A stretch of DNA of 64,000 bases from Escherichia coli (GTDB lineage Bacteria > Pseudomonadota > Gammaproteobacteria > Enterobacterales > Enterobacteriaceae). Of this stretch, positions 33,604-43,028 are shown in pieces (position 1 is the first letter of the stretch; each line of letters begins with the position of its first letter). The notes below the pieces were generated by a model. That model was not told where the DNA came from. It made no database searches and worked only from the letters and a program-made list of their open reading frames with translations. The translations under genes were made by a program, and so were the position numbers. The stretch lies in the NCBI RefSeq assembly GCF_003334405.1, contig NZ_QOWM01000005.1; one strand, 5' to 3'.

Positions 33604-34799
33604 GTAGTTACCCCCGCTAAAACAGAATCTGCATAATTGTTGACGACGCTTATCAGATTCTTTTCATTTTCATGATAAAGTGCTCTATGCGCAGTTTTTA
33701 GATTATTTTTTTTCATCGTATTGAACACATCTGCTTTACTGGGGTCACTCTTCAAGAAAAATAGAGATATTATAAAGTCTCTGATGAGTAAGGAAGTACC
33801 AGTCATTACTCTTGATACAGCCCTAAAATTAAATTCTTCCAATAACTCCTTTACTTCATCTTTATTTTCACAATAAAACAATCCATCCAACACTCCCTCT
33901 TCTCTGAAAACGAATCTACCACTTTCAAAGCGGTAAAAGAAATCACTAAGGCTATCGTCTAAATTATAATTCGATTTTAAAATGGTTGAAAAAAAATAAA
34001 GCCATGAAGTTAAAGTGGCTTTTGTTATATGAACCTTACTTTCTTCACTATCAATCTTTTTCTTTGCCTTACTTAATATTAAAATGGATTTTTTTACTAG
34101 TTCTATGATTGAATTATCAAAAGGCTCATCTTCACGAGCCCTGTCGTTTAATTGCTTTTCTGTATAAGAAGCAATCAATGAATCCTTCTCAAGCATGTAG
34201 CAAAGTTTAATGAAAAGATCATGGTATGCCATCCTTTGATTACTAAAGCCTAGAAAGTGCTTGTCAAGCCCACAATCCGACATATAATCTACGAGAGATT
34301 TTATCTGGTTTCTTAAATCGCCAACATAAGCATTTCTCTTTTCTGCTGAAGTTAATTTAAGAGATTCATTCAATCTGTTGAATAGTTCACCGGGCTCTCC
34401 CTGATTGTATTCAACAATCTCAAATACTCGAATGGCATACCGTTCAAATCTGTTTTTTATTCTTTGAGGTAATTTATCAAAAGTTAATCCATCTAATTCT
34501 TTGATATCATCATCAATAGGTTCAATTAATCCATTTATTTTGAATTTATTATACATGAAATCTCTTATGGCACTTAATCGTTGCTGTCCATCGAGAACTT
34601 CTTGAATATAGGAATCTTCATTTAAAATAACATGGACAGGTGGAACCTGCCACCCTCTTAGAATAGTATCGATTAAAAGTTTTTTCTTCGGAAGTTGCCA
34701 GACTTCCGCCCTCTGGAAATCGGGTTGGAGATCTAGACTTCCTTCATGAATCCTAGAAAATATAGTCCTCAAATCTGGATCTGTAGTATTTATTTTCAT
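33594..34799 (-). CDS. DUF262-like (ParB/Srx-fold, DGQQR motif) protein
   Basis: 401-aa ORF with LQPDFQRAEVWQ ... VLDGQQRLSAI in the N-terminal 100 aa; its ATG overlaps the dptH stop (ATGA at 34796-34799). Confidence 0.65.
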   Translation of the reverse strand: MKINTTDPDLRTIFSRIHEGSLDLQPDFQRAEVWQLPKKKLLIDTILRGWQVPPVHVILNEDSYIQEVLDGQQRLSAIRDFMYNKFKINGLIEPIDDDIKELDGLTFDKLPQRIKNRFERYAIRVFEIVEYNQGEPGELFNRLNESLKLTSAEKRNAYVGDLRNQIKSLVDYMSDCGLDKHFLGFSNQRMAYHDLFIKLCYMLEKDSLIASYTEKQLNDRAREDEPFDNSIIELVKKSILILSKAKKKIDSEESKVHITKATLTSWLYFFSTILKSNYNLDDSLSDFFYRFESGRFVFREEGVLDGLFYCENKDEVKELLEEFNFRAVSRVMTGTSLLIRDFIISLFFLKSDPSKADVFNTMKKNNLKTAHRALYHENEKNLISVVNNYADSVLAGVTTCQ

Positions 34800-37700
34800 T
34801 TCATTAACTCCCAGAATGCTTTATCACGCATTTTCCTAACTTTTTTATTTCCATCTATATACAGGCTAAAATGCTTCTCAAGTTGTCGTATCTGGCCCAT
34901 TAAAGACTCCTGCTCACTTTTATCGTCAATGTTAAATACCGCCTTAATGTCCGAATTCCTAATCTCAGAAACTCGATGAATTACCCAAGTGAGAATATAA
35001 GAAGCATAATTATTCTCGCCTGTTTTAAAGTGAGTAATTTCTTGTGTTGATAGAATCGCCCCTACACCATATTCACGGCCTTCTTTAAGGATTTTACGCA
35101 AGCTGGCAAAATCCTGGCGCATAAAGTTATCGGCTTCATCAACCAGAATCATTTTGGTTAACTGGCGATAATCACCTCGCACCGTCGGTTTCCCACGCTT
35201 TTGCATCTGCGCATAAAAAAGATCCAGTGTCAGTGCAACTACCAGGTTTTGAATCTCTGATGGATAACCAGCGAGTTCGATAACTGTGACTCCATCAACC
35301 AGATCGTACAAACTGGTCATCTTCTCTGGATCCGTTTCAAAAATCTGGAAACCAGCCAGATTATAAAGTGCAGCATATAATGAATCTTCGTCGACCTTCT
35401 CTTGTGCCAGGTACTGCTGCCACACATCTTCAATAGTCGGTGCTACACGATTCCATGTTGATCGATCATGAGGCACTATTCCTGCTAAGTCATAGCACTC
35501 CATTATTAACGTAACCAGCTTCATGCGTTGTTTTACGCCAAGGTTATACGCTTTGCCCATCGTTTCAGCGAATGCCATGGCCGTATGCCTCGGTAACATG
35601 GGCATATCACCAAATAACGATAACGGATTGTAAGGTAACAACGATAGCTGATACCTCTTAGCTCCCGTAGCTTCAAGAAACGCATCATCCACATAGTCGG
35701 ATTTATAGTCGAAGATCAACAAGCCAATCGGTTTACCGTCAACGTTGTAGGACTGATTGCGCATCAGTTGCGTAACCAGCGATTTAGTAAACTGGGTTTT
35801 CCCGGTGCCCATTGTTCCAATAATGCCGGTATTAGTATTCATGAACTTAGCGGTGTTGGTTGGTTCCCAGTACAATGGATTCTGACGCACAGCATCATGA
35901 CCAAACAAGATCTGTAATGGTGTATTGCGGACATTACTGGGGGTTAGTGCCGATGCTTCAGGTTGTGGAAGCTCCAGCGCAGAAATGGGCGGCGGCTCAG
36001 TTGTTGTTGCTACCTGTACTGGGTGTGAAGAATTGACATCACACTCTGGTTTGAGCAGATATTTTTCCGGCACCCGATAGCGTTCAGCTAGTGGAGGTTG
36101 ATCACCTTGTGCTGCAATTAACGATGGAAGCAATGAATAGGGGATTTCGATCTGTAGAATATTCTCTGCCGTTTCTTTATAAGAGAGATCAAAACAGGTT
36201 CCGCTGTCTACATGAGCTACCACAAAGCCTTCTGCATAATCAGCAAGCTCACCTAACTGATAGTCGCCAGTGAGCCACCATTCACGTCGTTCCAGCAGAG
36301 GGGATAGCTTGTCGTTATCCAGTACACCATACAGACGCAACTTCTCTACCTGCATTAATACTTGGCGGATAAAAAGTGCCCGGTATAGTTGTGATGCTAG
36401 AGTTTTCGGCCCAAGAATATCTTGCTGTAAATAGCGTTTTAGCTCGCGGGCCTGCTGCCCCGCATGGTTGTAATCGGGGCGAGCTCCTGTTTTTACTTCA
36501 AGTGGTAACAGATACAGGTTGTTATCTTTGAAACCGACAAAGAGCACATCGTCAGAGATCGCTCCTTTCTGATAACCCTGTAAATGGCGCGATAAATCGC
36601 TTTCTTTCATTCTCAGCCCGACGTTGCCGGACACGCGGATCATCTCAGCTACTGACAGTGGAATCCAGCAAATATCTGACTGGAGCAGCATAGACTGTAC
36701 GAATTTGTATGCACCGATAATGCCGTGTTTTTCTTTGCGCTCCTTTTCATTTGAACGCAACATTTTTAACAGCCACTCACCGTTAAAGGCATTAAATTCA
36801 GCAAGTAGTTGCTGGCTATCAACGGTGGATTGTCCTGTTTGAAGGAGACGCAGGAACAACTCAACCTGTTTTGTGACAGTTACGGCGTCATAACCAGCAC
36901 AACTGGTGTACTGGTCAGAGTAATGAATTAGTACGACATCTTTTTGACTAGTAAAGAAATCGAGTGTGACCTTAGGGTCGATAATTGTGGTCCAGAGAGA
37001 GCTATCATAAGAGCGATTCAGCAGTTGCTTAAAGTTACCGCTCACAGCCAGACTAATTCCCTGACCGTGATACTGGCTGTTGCTCTGCCGTGCCGGTTGC
37101 CACAGACAGCCTAACAAGCGGGCGAGACGCAGGGCGCAAGACGATTCAGTATCGACATTACGCAGACCAAACGCGGTAAAGTAAGCATCGCCTTGTGTTT
37201 CAGCCCCTTCGCCTGCAATCAAGCCATGACATAAAACCCCGCTGGCAGCATCCTCAATGCGAATTTGGCGGCAATCAACCGGTGCGGTGTTGGTGAAAAA
37301 TGCGAGATGGGCGTAAGCCAGTTGATCGCTTTCCGGTGGCAGGATAAATTTGCTGAATGTTAAGCGACTGCGAAGCAGATCGATCAACATATCGGCTTCA
37401 GAACGCCACGCACCGCTGTTCAGACCAAGATCATTTTTAAGTTGTTCATAGCTGCCGCTTTCGGCAAAGCGGTCAAAGGCATTGGGTAGCAGACGTTCGT
37501 CATAGCAGTTTACGTGTATCGAAATTGCGTTATCTTTTTCCTGCTTAAAATAATCTACCAGTCCCAGGAATAGCTCTCTGGCTTCTCCCATATTAATAGC
37601 ATTAATAACCAGGGCATTATTTCCTGCACTCTGGAACAGCCGAGAATAGGCATCTGTAAATTCGTTTAGCTTGTCTTTCACCAGACGCTTAACATATTCG

Positions 37701-39880
37701 TGGCTCATCTGGCGCTGGGGAACAATATCTATCCAGAAGCGGTTTTCTACCATCGGTTGTAACTGTGCGTATTCATGTTCGCTATGATACACAAATGGCA
37801 TTAGGCCAGAGACGACCAGACGATCTAGAGTAATCTCTGGTAATGAAGCGAAGGAAGCTGATGTGGGGTATCCGGGCTCGGCGATAATAGTTTCAGCTAG
37901 CTGTAAATGATAAGCCATTACCAATGGGTGCAGAGGCGAGAGACGTTCATAATCGTCGCCGCGGCAAATCCCCAGATGTAACAGACGTTTTTCCTGGATG
38001 GTTAATGCTCTGCTTAGACTGATTTGCTGTAATGCCTGTTCAAAAGTAGCGATCATGTGACTGACTAATACACGATATTCTGCTGACCATGACACCAGAC
38101 TCGGCAGGGTATTTCGACGTTGATAGTAAACGAACAATTGGTGGTACGCATTATGGAGGTCGGGATAGCTCGCCAGAAGCTCATCCAGTGCAAACTCACT
38201 ACCATTACTGCCAGTGCTGAGCAGATTACGCTCGATCAGGGCGTACTCTTGCATAAGCAACTGCTGGCGAACACCAACCACATTATGTTCGATATTGTCC
38301 AGGATGACGCGACCTTTCAACTTGTTCCAGGTTGCATTCCCTTCTTCTTTAAAGAGTTTATTGAAACGACCCTGATCAAAAAGCAGAGGCAGTGTTAATC
38401 CTTCCTCTGCTCCTGGACCTTCGATGTTAAACAGTAAACGGGAGTCACCTGAAATCAAGGTAAATTTGATCAGCTCACTTTGATTCGCCAGCGTTTCAAA
38501 ATTAACGAGTGCATAATGGCGGCAATCAACATCATCACTTTCTTCATCAAGTAAACAGGTCTTGTCGCCGAACTCTGCAATACGTAACTCATTATCTTCC
38601 AGTTGCAGAGTTAATTGACCTTTACCAGGTTCAATACGATAACAATGCTGGATTTCATTAAGCCAGAATTGCCCTTGTTCAACTAACAGCAGGCGAAACT
38701 TGTACTCTTCTGCTGAGTTATTGCGGTTAATGATTTCGAGGCTAAAGAAGCAGGGCCGACCATCAAAAGGCACTGATGCCAGTATCTTAGAGTTTCTCCC
38801 CCCGAGCCGGCTAGTACGCCAGAATCGTTCTTTCTGTAACGGACGATGATGAGCAATTTTTACCTGATTGTCCTGAAGGTCGTTACCCTGGAAGATAAAC
38901 TCCAGCTCAACTTGTGACTGCCCCGGTAGAACCTGAACCAGGACACTGATATCTCGTTTACCTGCTTTACTGGTGCTTTTGGCTCTTTGCCAGACCTCAC
39001 CGTTTTCAGCAGTAATGTTTTCCAACACCAGTTTCTGTTCACTGTTTTGTGCTTTTTCATTCAGGTAGACGGAGAAATCAAGCTCACGCCAATCGTCATT
39101 GTCAACGAAATGCTCCTGAATGAATTTTGCACTAAATTCAGTTAGTACATTCTCCAGTTGCCCGCTGTAGCGTTCAACACTGTCCTCTATCTGGCGATAT
39201 AACTTTTGGTTTTCATTGAGCCGGGCGCGCAACTGCTTATCACTAAAATTCAGCAGGTTATTATCGTTGAATAACTTTAGCTCTGAGAAATCCAGATTGC
39301 CGTCGTCCAGCAGACGGTATAACGATGAAAATCCAAAAACCGTAGCGCCTTCATCCAATATTGTTGTCAACTGATCGCCCAGCAAACAGCGGGATACTTG
39401 AGAACGGGCGCTGTCCGTTGTGATTAACTTTTCGAGCTGGTGACGGAAGGTTTCTGGATGCCAGATAGCATCCGGTGCAGCGACATCTTTGGTACTATTG
39501 AGTAAGGTATCCAGCATGCTGTTGTGGATAATCAACAACGCTGTCTGGGCAAAAATGCCATTGCGGCCAGAAACCTGATCGCGTAAATGAGAAATATAGT
39601 TTTCTGTGAATGCAGGGGTAGTGGTGCCGTGCAGTACCGGAATAAGCTGGATATTATTACATTGGACGTAGGTAAGAAATTGCTCCGGTGCAATTTCTAG
39701 TTTATTTCCATTTGCTAAAGAGTCGAAAGCCTTCCAGAGCTTTAAGGCGTTATCCGGATCGGGAGATTTAAACTGGTAGCGCTCACCAGGCTGGATGATG
39801 CTGCTAACCCATTCAATGAAGGTTTCTGCCAGATAGGTTTCATACTGTTTTACGGACATATACGGCGTCTCCACTGTCAC
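34796..39880 (-). CDS. dptH: Phosphorothioation-dependent restriction protein DptH/DndH (large multidomain ATPase)
   Basis: 1694-aa ORF; C-terminal Walker A GTMGTGKTQ and Walker B ILVDEADNF; third gene of a DptF(549)-DptG(441)-DptH(~1700) array. The true start may be the internal ATG near 39859. Confidence 0.8.
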   Translation of the reverse strand: MTVETPYMSVKQYETYLAETFIEWVSSIIQPGERYQFKSPDPDNALKLWKAFDSLANGNKLEIAPEQFLTYVQCNNIQLIPVLHGTTTPAFTENYISHLRDQVSGRNGIFAQTALLIIHNSMLDTLLNSTKDVAAPDAIWHPETFRHQLEKLITTDSARSQVSRCLLGDQLTTILDEGATVFGFSSLYRLLDDGNLDFSELKLFNDNNLLNFSDKQLRARLNENQKLYRQIEDSVERYSGQLENVLTEFSAKFIQEHFVDNDDWRELDFSVYLNEKAQNSEQKLVLENITAENGEVWQRAKSTSKAGKRDISVLVQVLPGQSQVELEFIFQGNDLQDNQVKIAHHRPLQKERFWRTSRLGGRNSKILASVPFDGRPCFFSLEIINRNNSAEEYKFRLLLVEQGQFWLNEIQHCYRIEPGKGQLTLQLEDNELRIAEFGDKTCLLDEESDDVDCRHYALVNFETLANQSELIKFTLISGDSRLLFNIEGPGAEEGLTLPLLFDQGRFNKLFKEEGNATWNKLKGRVILDNIEHNVVGVRQQLLMQEYALIERNLLSTGSNGSEFALDELLASYPDLHNAYHQLFVYYQRRNTLPSLVSWSAEYRVLVSHMIATFEQALQQISLSRALTIQEKRLLHLGICRGDDYERLSPLHPLVMAYHLQLAETIIAEPGYPTSASFASLPEITLDRLVVSGLMPFVYHSEHEYAQLQPMVENRFWIDIVPQRQMSHEYVKRLVKDKLNEFTDAYSRLFQSAGNNALVINAINMGEARELFLGLVDYFKQEKDNAISIHVNCYDERLLPNAFDRFAESGSYEQLKNDLGLNSGAWRSEADMLIDLLRSRLTFSKFILPPESDQLAYAHLAFFTNTAPVDCRQIRIEDAASGVLCHGLIAGEGAETQGDAYFTAFGLRNVDTESSCALRLARLLGCLWQPARQSNSQYHGQGISLAVSGNFKQLLNRSYDSSLWTTIIDPKVTLDFFTSQKDVVLIHYSDQYTSCAGYDAVTVTKQVELFLRLLQTGQSTVDSQQLLAEFNAFNGEWLLKMLRSNEKERKEKHGIIGAYKFVQSMLLQSDICWIPLSVAEMIRVSGNVGLRMKESDLSRHLQGYQKGAISDDVLFVGFKDNNLYLLPLEVKTGARPDYNHAGQQARELKRYLQQDILGPKTLASQLYRALFIRQVLMQVEKLRLYGVLDNDKLSPLLERREWWLTGDYQLGELADYAEGFVVAHVDSGTCFDLSYKETAENILQIEIPYSLLPSLIAAQGDQPPLAERYRVPEKYLLKPECDVNSSHPVQVATTTEPPPISALELPQPEASALTPSNVRNTPLQILFGHDAVRQNPLYWEPTNTAKFMNTNTGIIGTMGTGKTQFTKSLVTQLMRNQSYNVDGKPIGLLIFDYKSDYVDDAFLEATGAKRYQLSLLPYNPLSLFGDMPMLPRHTAMAFAETMGKAYNLGVKQRMKLVTLIMECYDLAGIVPHDRSTWNRVAPTIEDVWQQYLAQEKVDEDSLYAALYNLAGFQIFETDPEKMTSLYDLVDGVTVIELAGYPSEIQNLVVALTLDLFYAQMQKRGKPTVRGDYRQLTKMILVDEADNFMRQDFASLRKILKEGREYGVGAILSTQEITHFKTGENNYASYILTWVIHRVSEIRNSDIKAVFNIDDKSEQESLMGQIRQLEKHFSLYIDGNKKVRKMRDKAFWELMK

Positions 39881-41165
39881 TCATTCTCTCCACATTTCCC
39901 ATGCGTTCATAAAACGCAACCAGCATTTGTGTAGACTGGTTATCCAGATAAAATCCGCGTTGCTCAAAACCACGTAGCAGCTCATGCAGACGGAGTTTTT
40001 TGTTTTTACCCACGGTAAGGTTAGTTAGTAGCAGTAGTCGATCCTGGTTCAGTACCAGCACTTTCCCCGCTCGGCCACGAACCTGAATGAAGTCAGTGCA
40101 AATCTGGCTTTCCAGCTCGTTGATGTATTTGCGATTTACCGCTGCTCGCTCGGTTTTCTTACCCTGAAACTGTTCAACGGCAACAGATAACAGCTGTTTA
40201 AAGGCATCTTCCAGGTTTGTAGCACGATCGCGTTCAGGAAGGTCTCGCTCCTCCTTACTAATGAACTTCTGTATATAATTATTGAGTTCATTTAGTACTC
40301 GATTCGATGTATCTGAATAACCTAAGCAATCTTGATATACCTGCCAAAGAGGGCGCTTTTCCTCACCTTTTACTTGTAATACCTCTAATGCAGAGAGTAC
40401 GGGGAATAATTTTTCACTTTGGCGGGCAAACCACTTATAGCCGAAGAGCTTTATTTTATCTCGTTCGGAGCTAGCTTTTTCAGTATCGAGGATAAAGAAC
40501 AATGATTTACTCTGCGGCTCGCCGTCTTGCCAGTTGTCCAGATTGAGCGCCAGTTGTGCGCACCAACTAAAGGCATACAAACGTAGAGTATTGGTCAGCT
40601 CCTGCAAAAGATATTGTGGGTGCTCTGCCAGAAACGCCAAATCAGACTGAAAACACGTTACCAGATAGGGTAAATAAGGTTGTTCTTTTGCAAATGGCCC
40701 CTCACCCAGTCGGATTAATTTTTTATTGAGCTTATTCAGCATCTCTTTTTCAATAAAATTCAACTTATCTTGTATCGGGTTATTAAGGCTAAAATCTCTC
40801 ATCAAATTGGCAAACAGTGTTCCAAGGCGTTTGTCGGCAGTCGAGCCTGCACTTATCTTTTCACCATCAAACTGAGCGTGGAACAGCAAGAACAGCGGGG
40901 AGACACGAAAAATATCCTGACTGGAAAAATACATCCGTTCCAGCACGGACAAGAACGCAGGTTCATCGATCAATATTTGCAGATGAGTTTTACAATCCTC
41001 GCGAAACTGCTCGAGACTGTATGTATCGATTTTATACTTCACGGCATAGCTCAGTACTAAACCTGTGACGATTTGCCAGTCAATATTGTTATTCTTATTA
41101 CGTATTGGAAGGTAGCTATCCAGCTGGTTATTACTAACTTTTAAATTTGTTGCAATGGGATACAT
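39840..41165 (-). CDS. dptG: Phosphorothioation-dependent restriction protein DptG/DndG
   Basis: 441-aa ORF between dptF and dptH with appropriate size and position. Confidence 0.7.
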   Translation of the reverse strand: MYPIATNLKVSNNQLDSYLPIRNKNNNIDWQIVTGLVLSYAVKYKIDTYSLEQFREDCKTHLQILIDEPAFLSVLERMYFSSQDIFRVSPLFLLFHAQFDGEKISAGSTADKRLGTLFANLMRDFSLNNPIQDKLNFIEKEMLNKLNKKLIRLGEGPFAKEQPYLPYLVTCFQSDLAFLAEHPQYLLQELTNTLRLYAFSWCAQLALNLDNWQDGEPQSKSLFFILDTEKASSERDKIKLFGYKWFARQSEKLFPVLSALEVLQVKGEEKRPLWQVYQDCLGYSDTSNRVLNELNNYIQKFISKEERDLPERDRATNLEDAFKQLLSVAVEQFQGKKTERAAVNRKYINELESQICTDFIQVRGRAGKVLVLNQDRLLLLTNLTVGKNKKLRLHELLRGFEQRGFYLDNQSTQMLVAFYERMGNVERMSDSGDAVYVRKTV

Positions 41166-41169
41166 GATG

Positions 41170-42819
41170 TTATCCCTCCATGCCGCTGATAGTAATCATG
41201 TCATCGTCCGCTCTTGCACTATAGACCCGCTTTAGGCCATCATAAAACTTGATTTCGCTGCTGGATTTTGCCTTTTCTGCGATTAGTTCAACGATTTCGT
41301 CCAGTAAGACAATCGCACTTTTATCATACTTATTAGGGCGATAGCCATTATTTAGTTTGCTCAATAGCTCAAATAAATTAAGACCGATCCGAATCGGATC
41401 TAGCGGATCTTGTCCTACTTTTAAATAGATATCGAAACAAGTTGTATGGGCTGTATTTTTCTTGAGAATTGAATCCCAGTCCGGTTTCAGCGCAACAGGT
41501 GCTGTGATTTTAATCCCACCAAATTCGCCTAAAAAGAACTCTTCTTTTTGGGTACTCAGTTCAGGTGCTTTACGGTTTGCGTAACGCTGAATACCAGCGA
41601 TAAGCTCGAAAGAGTAAAAGCGGTTTAGTGTTCTTTTTTGTTCCGGATCTGCGGTATAGTTTTTATGCAGATGCCAAATCTCTGAATAACGCTCAAAGAG
41701 CGCTTCTTTAAAGAATACAGAGAACCTTTTGTGATAGTTATTCCCTAAAGATTCATGTTGTAGTAGCCAGAAAAGTCTAATTAATGAAGCTGCGTCACCA
41801 GGCTTAACACATTGACGATCAAACGTAAGATGTAATTTCGCAAGTGTACTCAGAAAATCATCCAGTTCGGGATCAACTAATCCAAGCTCATAGCGCAAAA
41901 TAAATTGATCAATCTCGTATGTATGCAATCTGGCAGGATCAAAATCAGAAACCTTTTTAATTAGATCATTCTCTGCACCATTAAACAGATTATCAAACAG
42001 GTACCCAGGCCCTGTCAGCAGGTGGTGTAAAAAATCCAATAAGGTTCTTGTGGTAACAAATTGATCTTTTATTAATCGGGCTTTAAATAGCTGTGTTATT
42101 AAAACATTCTGAACACCGGGCATGCACAGTAGTTTAAAGTTAGCAACGGTTTTTAAATCATGTCCTATTGATTCATCACGTTGATAAATTGTGTAAAACA
42201 GGTTTTTGTCGTCATTCCCCGTTAATTGATTCATTAATTTTTTGATAAAAGGGGAGTATTCCCGCTCTTCGTCAAACTCGAACTTTGGATAATGTTCGAA
42301 ATCAAAAAATATACAATTTTCGTTGCGGTAAGGACGCTGGCCTTCCTGTTGCGCTGACAAGAATGAGTCAATAGCAGCACGGATAGCCATATGGGACTCA
42401 GAACCTTCTCTGGCAAAATTGGCTAGCATCCCGGTGTTGATACCGATGAGGAGCGGGTATGATTGCGAATGATGATTTTCAAATAAATCATTCAGTGCAT
42501 CGATAGCCGATTGTTGAGGCGCAAAGCTATGTGTCGCATCCAGATGGAAACTAAACTTCTGTTGATATTGTGGATCTGACTTACAGCGGGTTAAAATTTC
42601 GGATTTCCCGTCTCCACTACTTCCGCATAGAAAAATGATCTCACCGGGAGTAGCTGTATCCAGATAACGCTGTAACTCTTCTTCAATCTCTTGTTTAACA
42701 AAGAGTTGTTCTTTTAGCTCATCGAACACATCCTTTTGCCGATGAGTTTCTGTGGTTACGGAAAACGAAGATGACTTCGCAAGTACACCTAACGCTTTAC
42801 GTAATGTGATCGCGCTCAT
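41170..42819 (-). CDS. dptF: Phosphorothioation-dependent restriction protein DptF/DndF (P-loop ATPase)
   Basis: 549-aa ORF with N-terminal Walker A CGSSGDGKSE; first gene of the minus-strand array facing the integrase. Confidence 0.75.
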   Translation of the reverse strand: MSAITLRKALGVLAKSSSFSVTTETHRQKDVFDELKEQLFVKQEIEEELQRYLDTATPGEIIFLCGSSGDGKSEILTRCKSDPQYQQKFSFHLDATHSFAPQQSAIDALNDLFENHHSQSYPLLIGINTGMLANFAREGSESHMAIRAAIDSFLSAQQEGQRPYRNENCIFFDFEHYPKFEFDEEREYSPFIKKLMNQLTGNDDKNLFYTIYQRDESIGHDLKTVANFKLLCMPGVQNVLITQLFKARLIKDQFVTTRTLLDFLHHLLTGPGYLFDNLFNGAENDLIKKVSDFDPARLHTYEIDQFILRYELGLVDPELDDFLSTLAKLHLTFDRQCVKPGDAASLIRLFWLLQHESLGNNYHKRFSVFFKEALFERYSEIWHLHKNYTADPEQKRTLNRFYSFELIAGIQRYANRKAPELSTQKEEFFLGEFGGIKITAPVALKPDWDSILKKNTAHTTCFDIYLKVGQDPLDPIRIGLNLFELLSKLNNGYRPNKYDKSAIVLLDEIVELIAEKAKSSSEIKFYDGLKRVYSARADDDMITISGMEG

Positions 42820-43028
42820 AACTTCATGTTCTCTAAAGAAAGAATATCCTTATTCTATACAAGCTAACAATTGAGCACCATATGCCTTTTTCTCCAGGTA
42901 CGTTCAATACTCTGCAGAACTACCTGAAACCAATGCGCGGACAGCTACCATCATGAAATTGTTGCAACTTTGACCAACGAGCCTACTTAACAAAGTGTGA
43001 CGGTAGGCTCTATTTTTGTTACACAGCT

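Noticed and set aside
36091-38398. Short plus-strand ORFs inside dptH (36091-36273, 36624-36842, 38120-38398)
   Set aside because: Antisense to the continuous 1694-aa dptH frame; no independent support.
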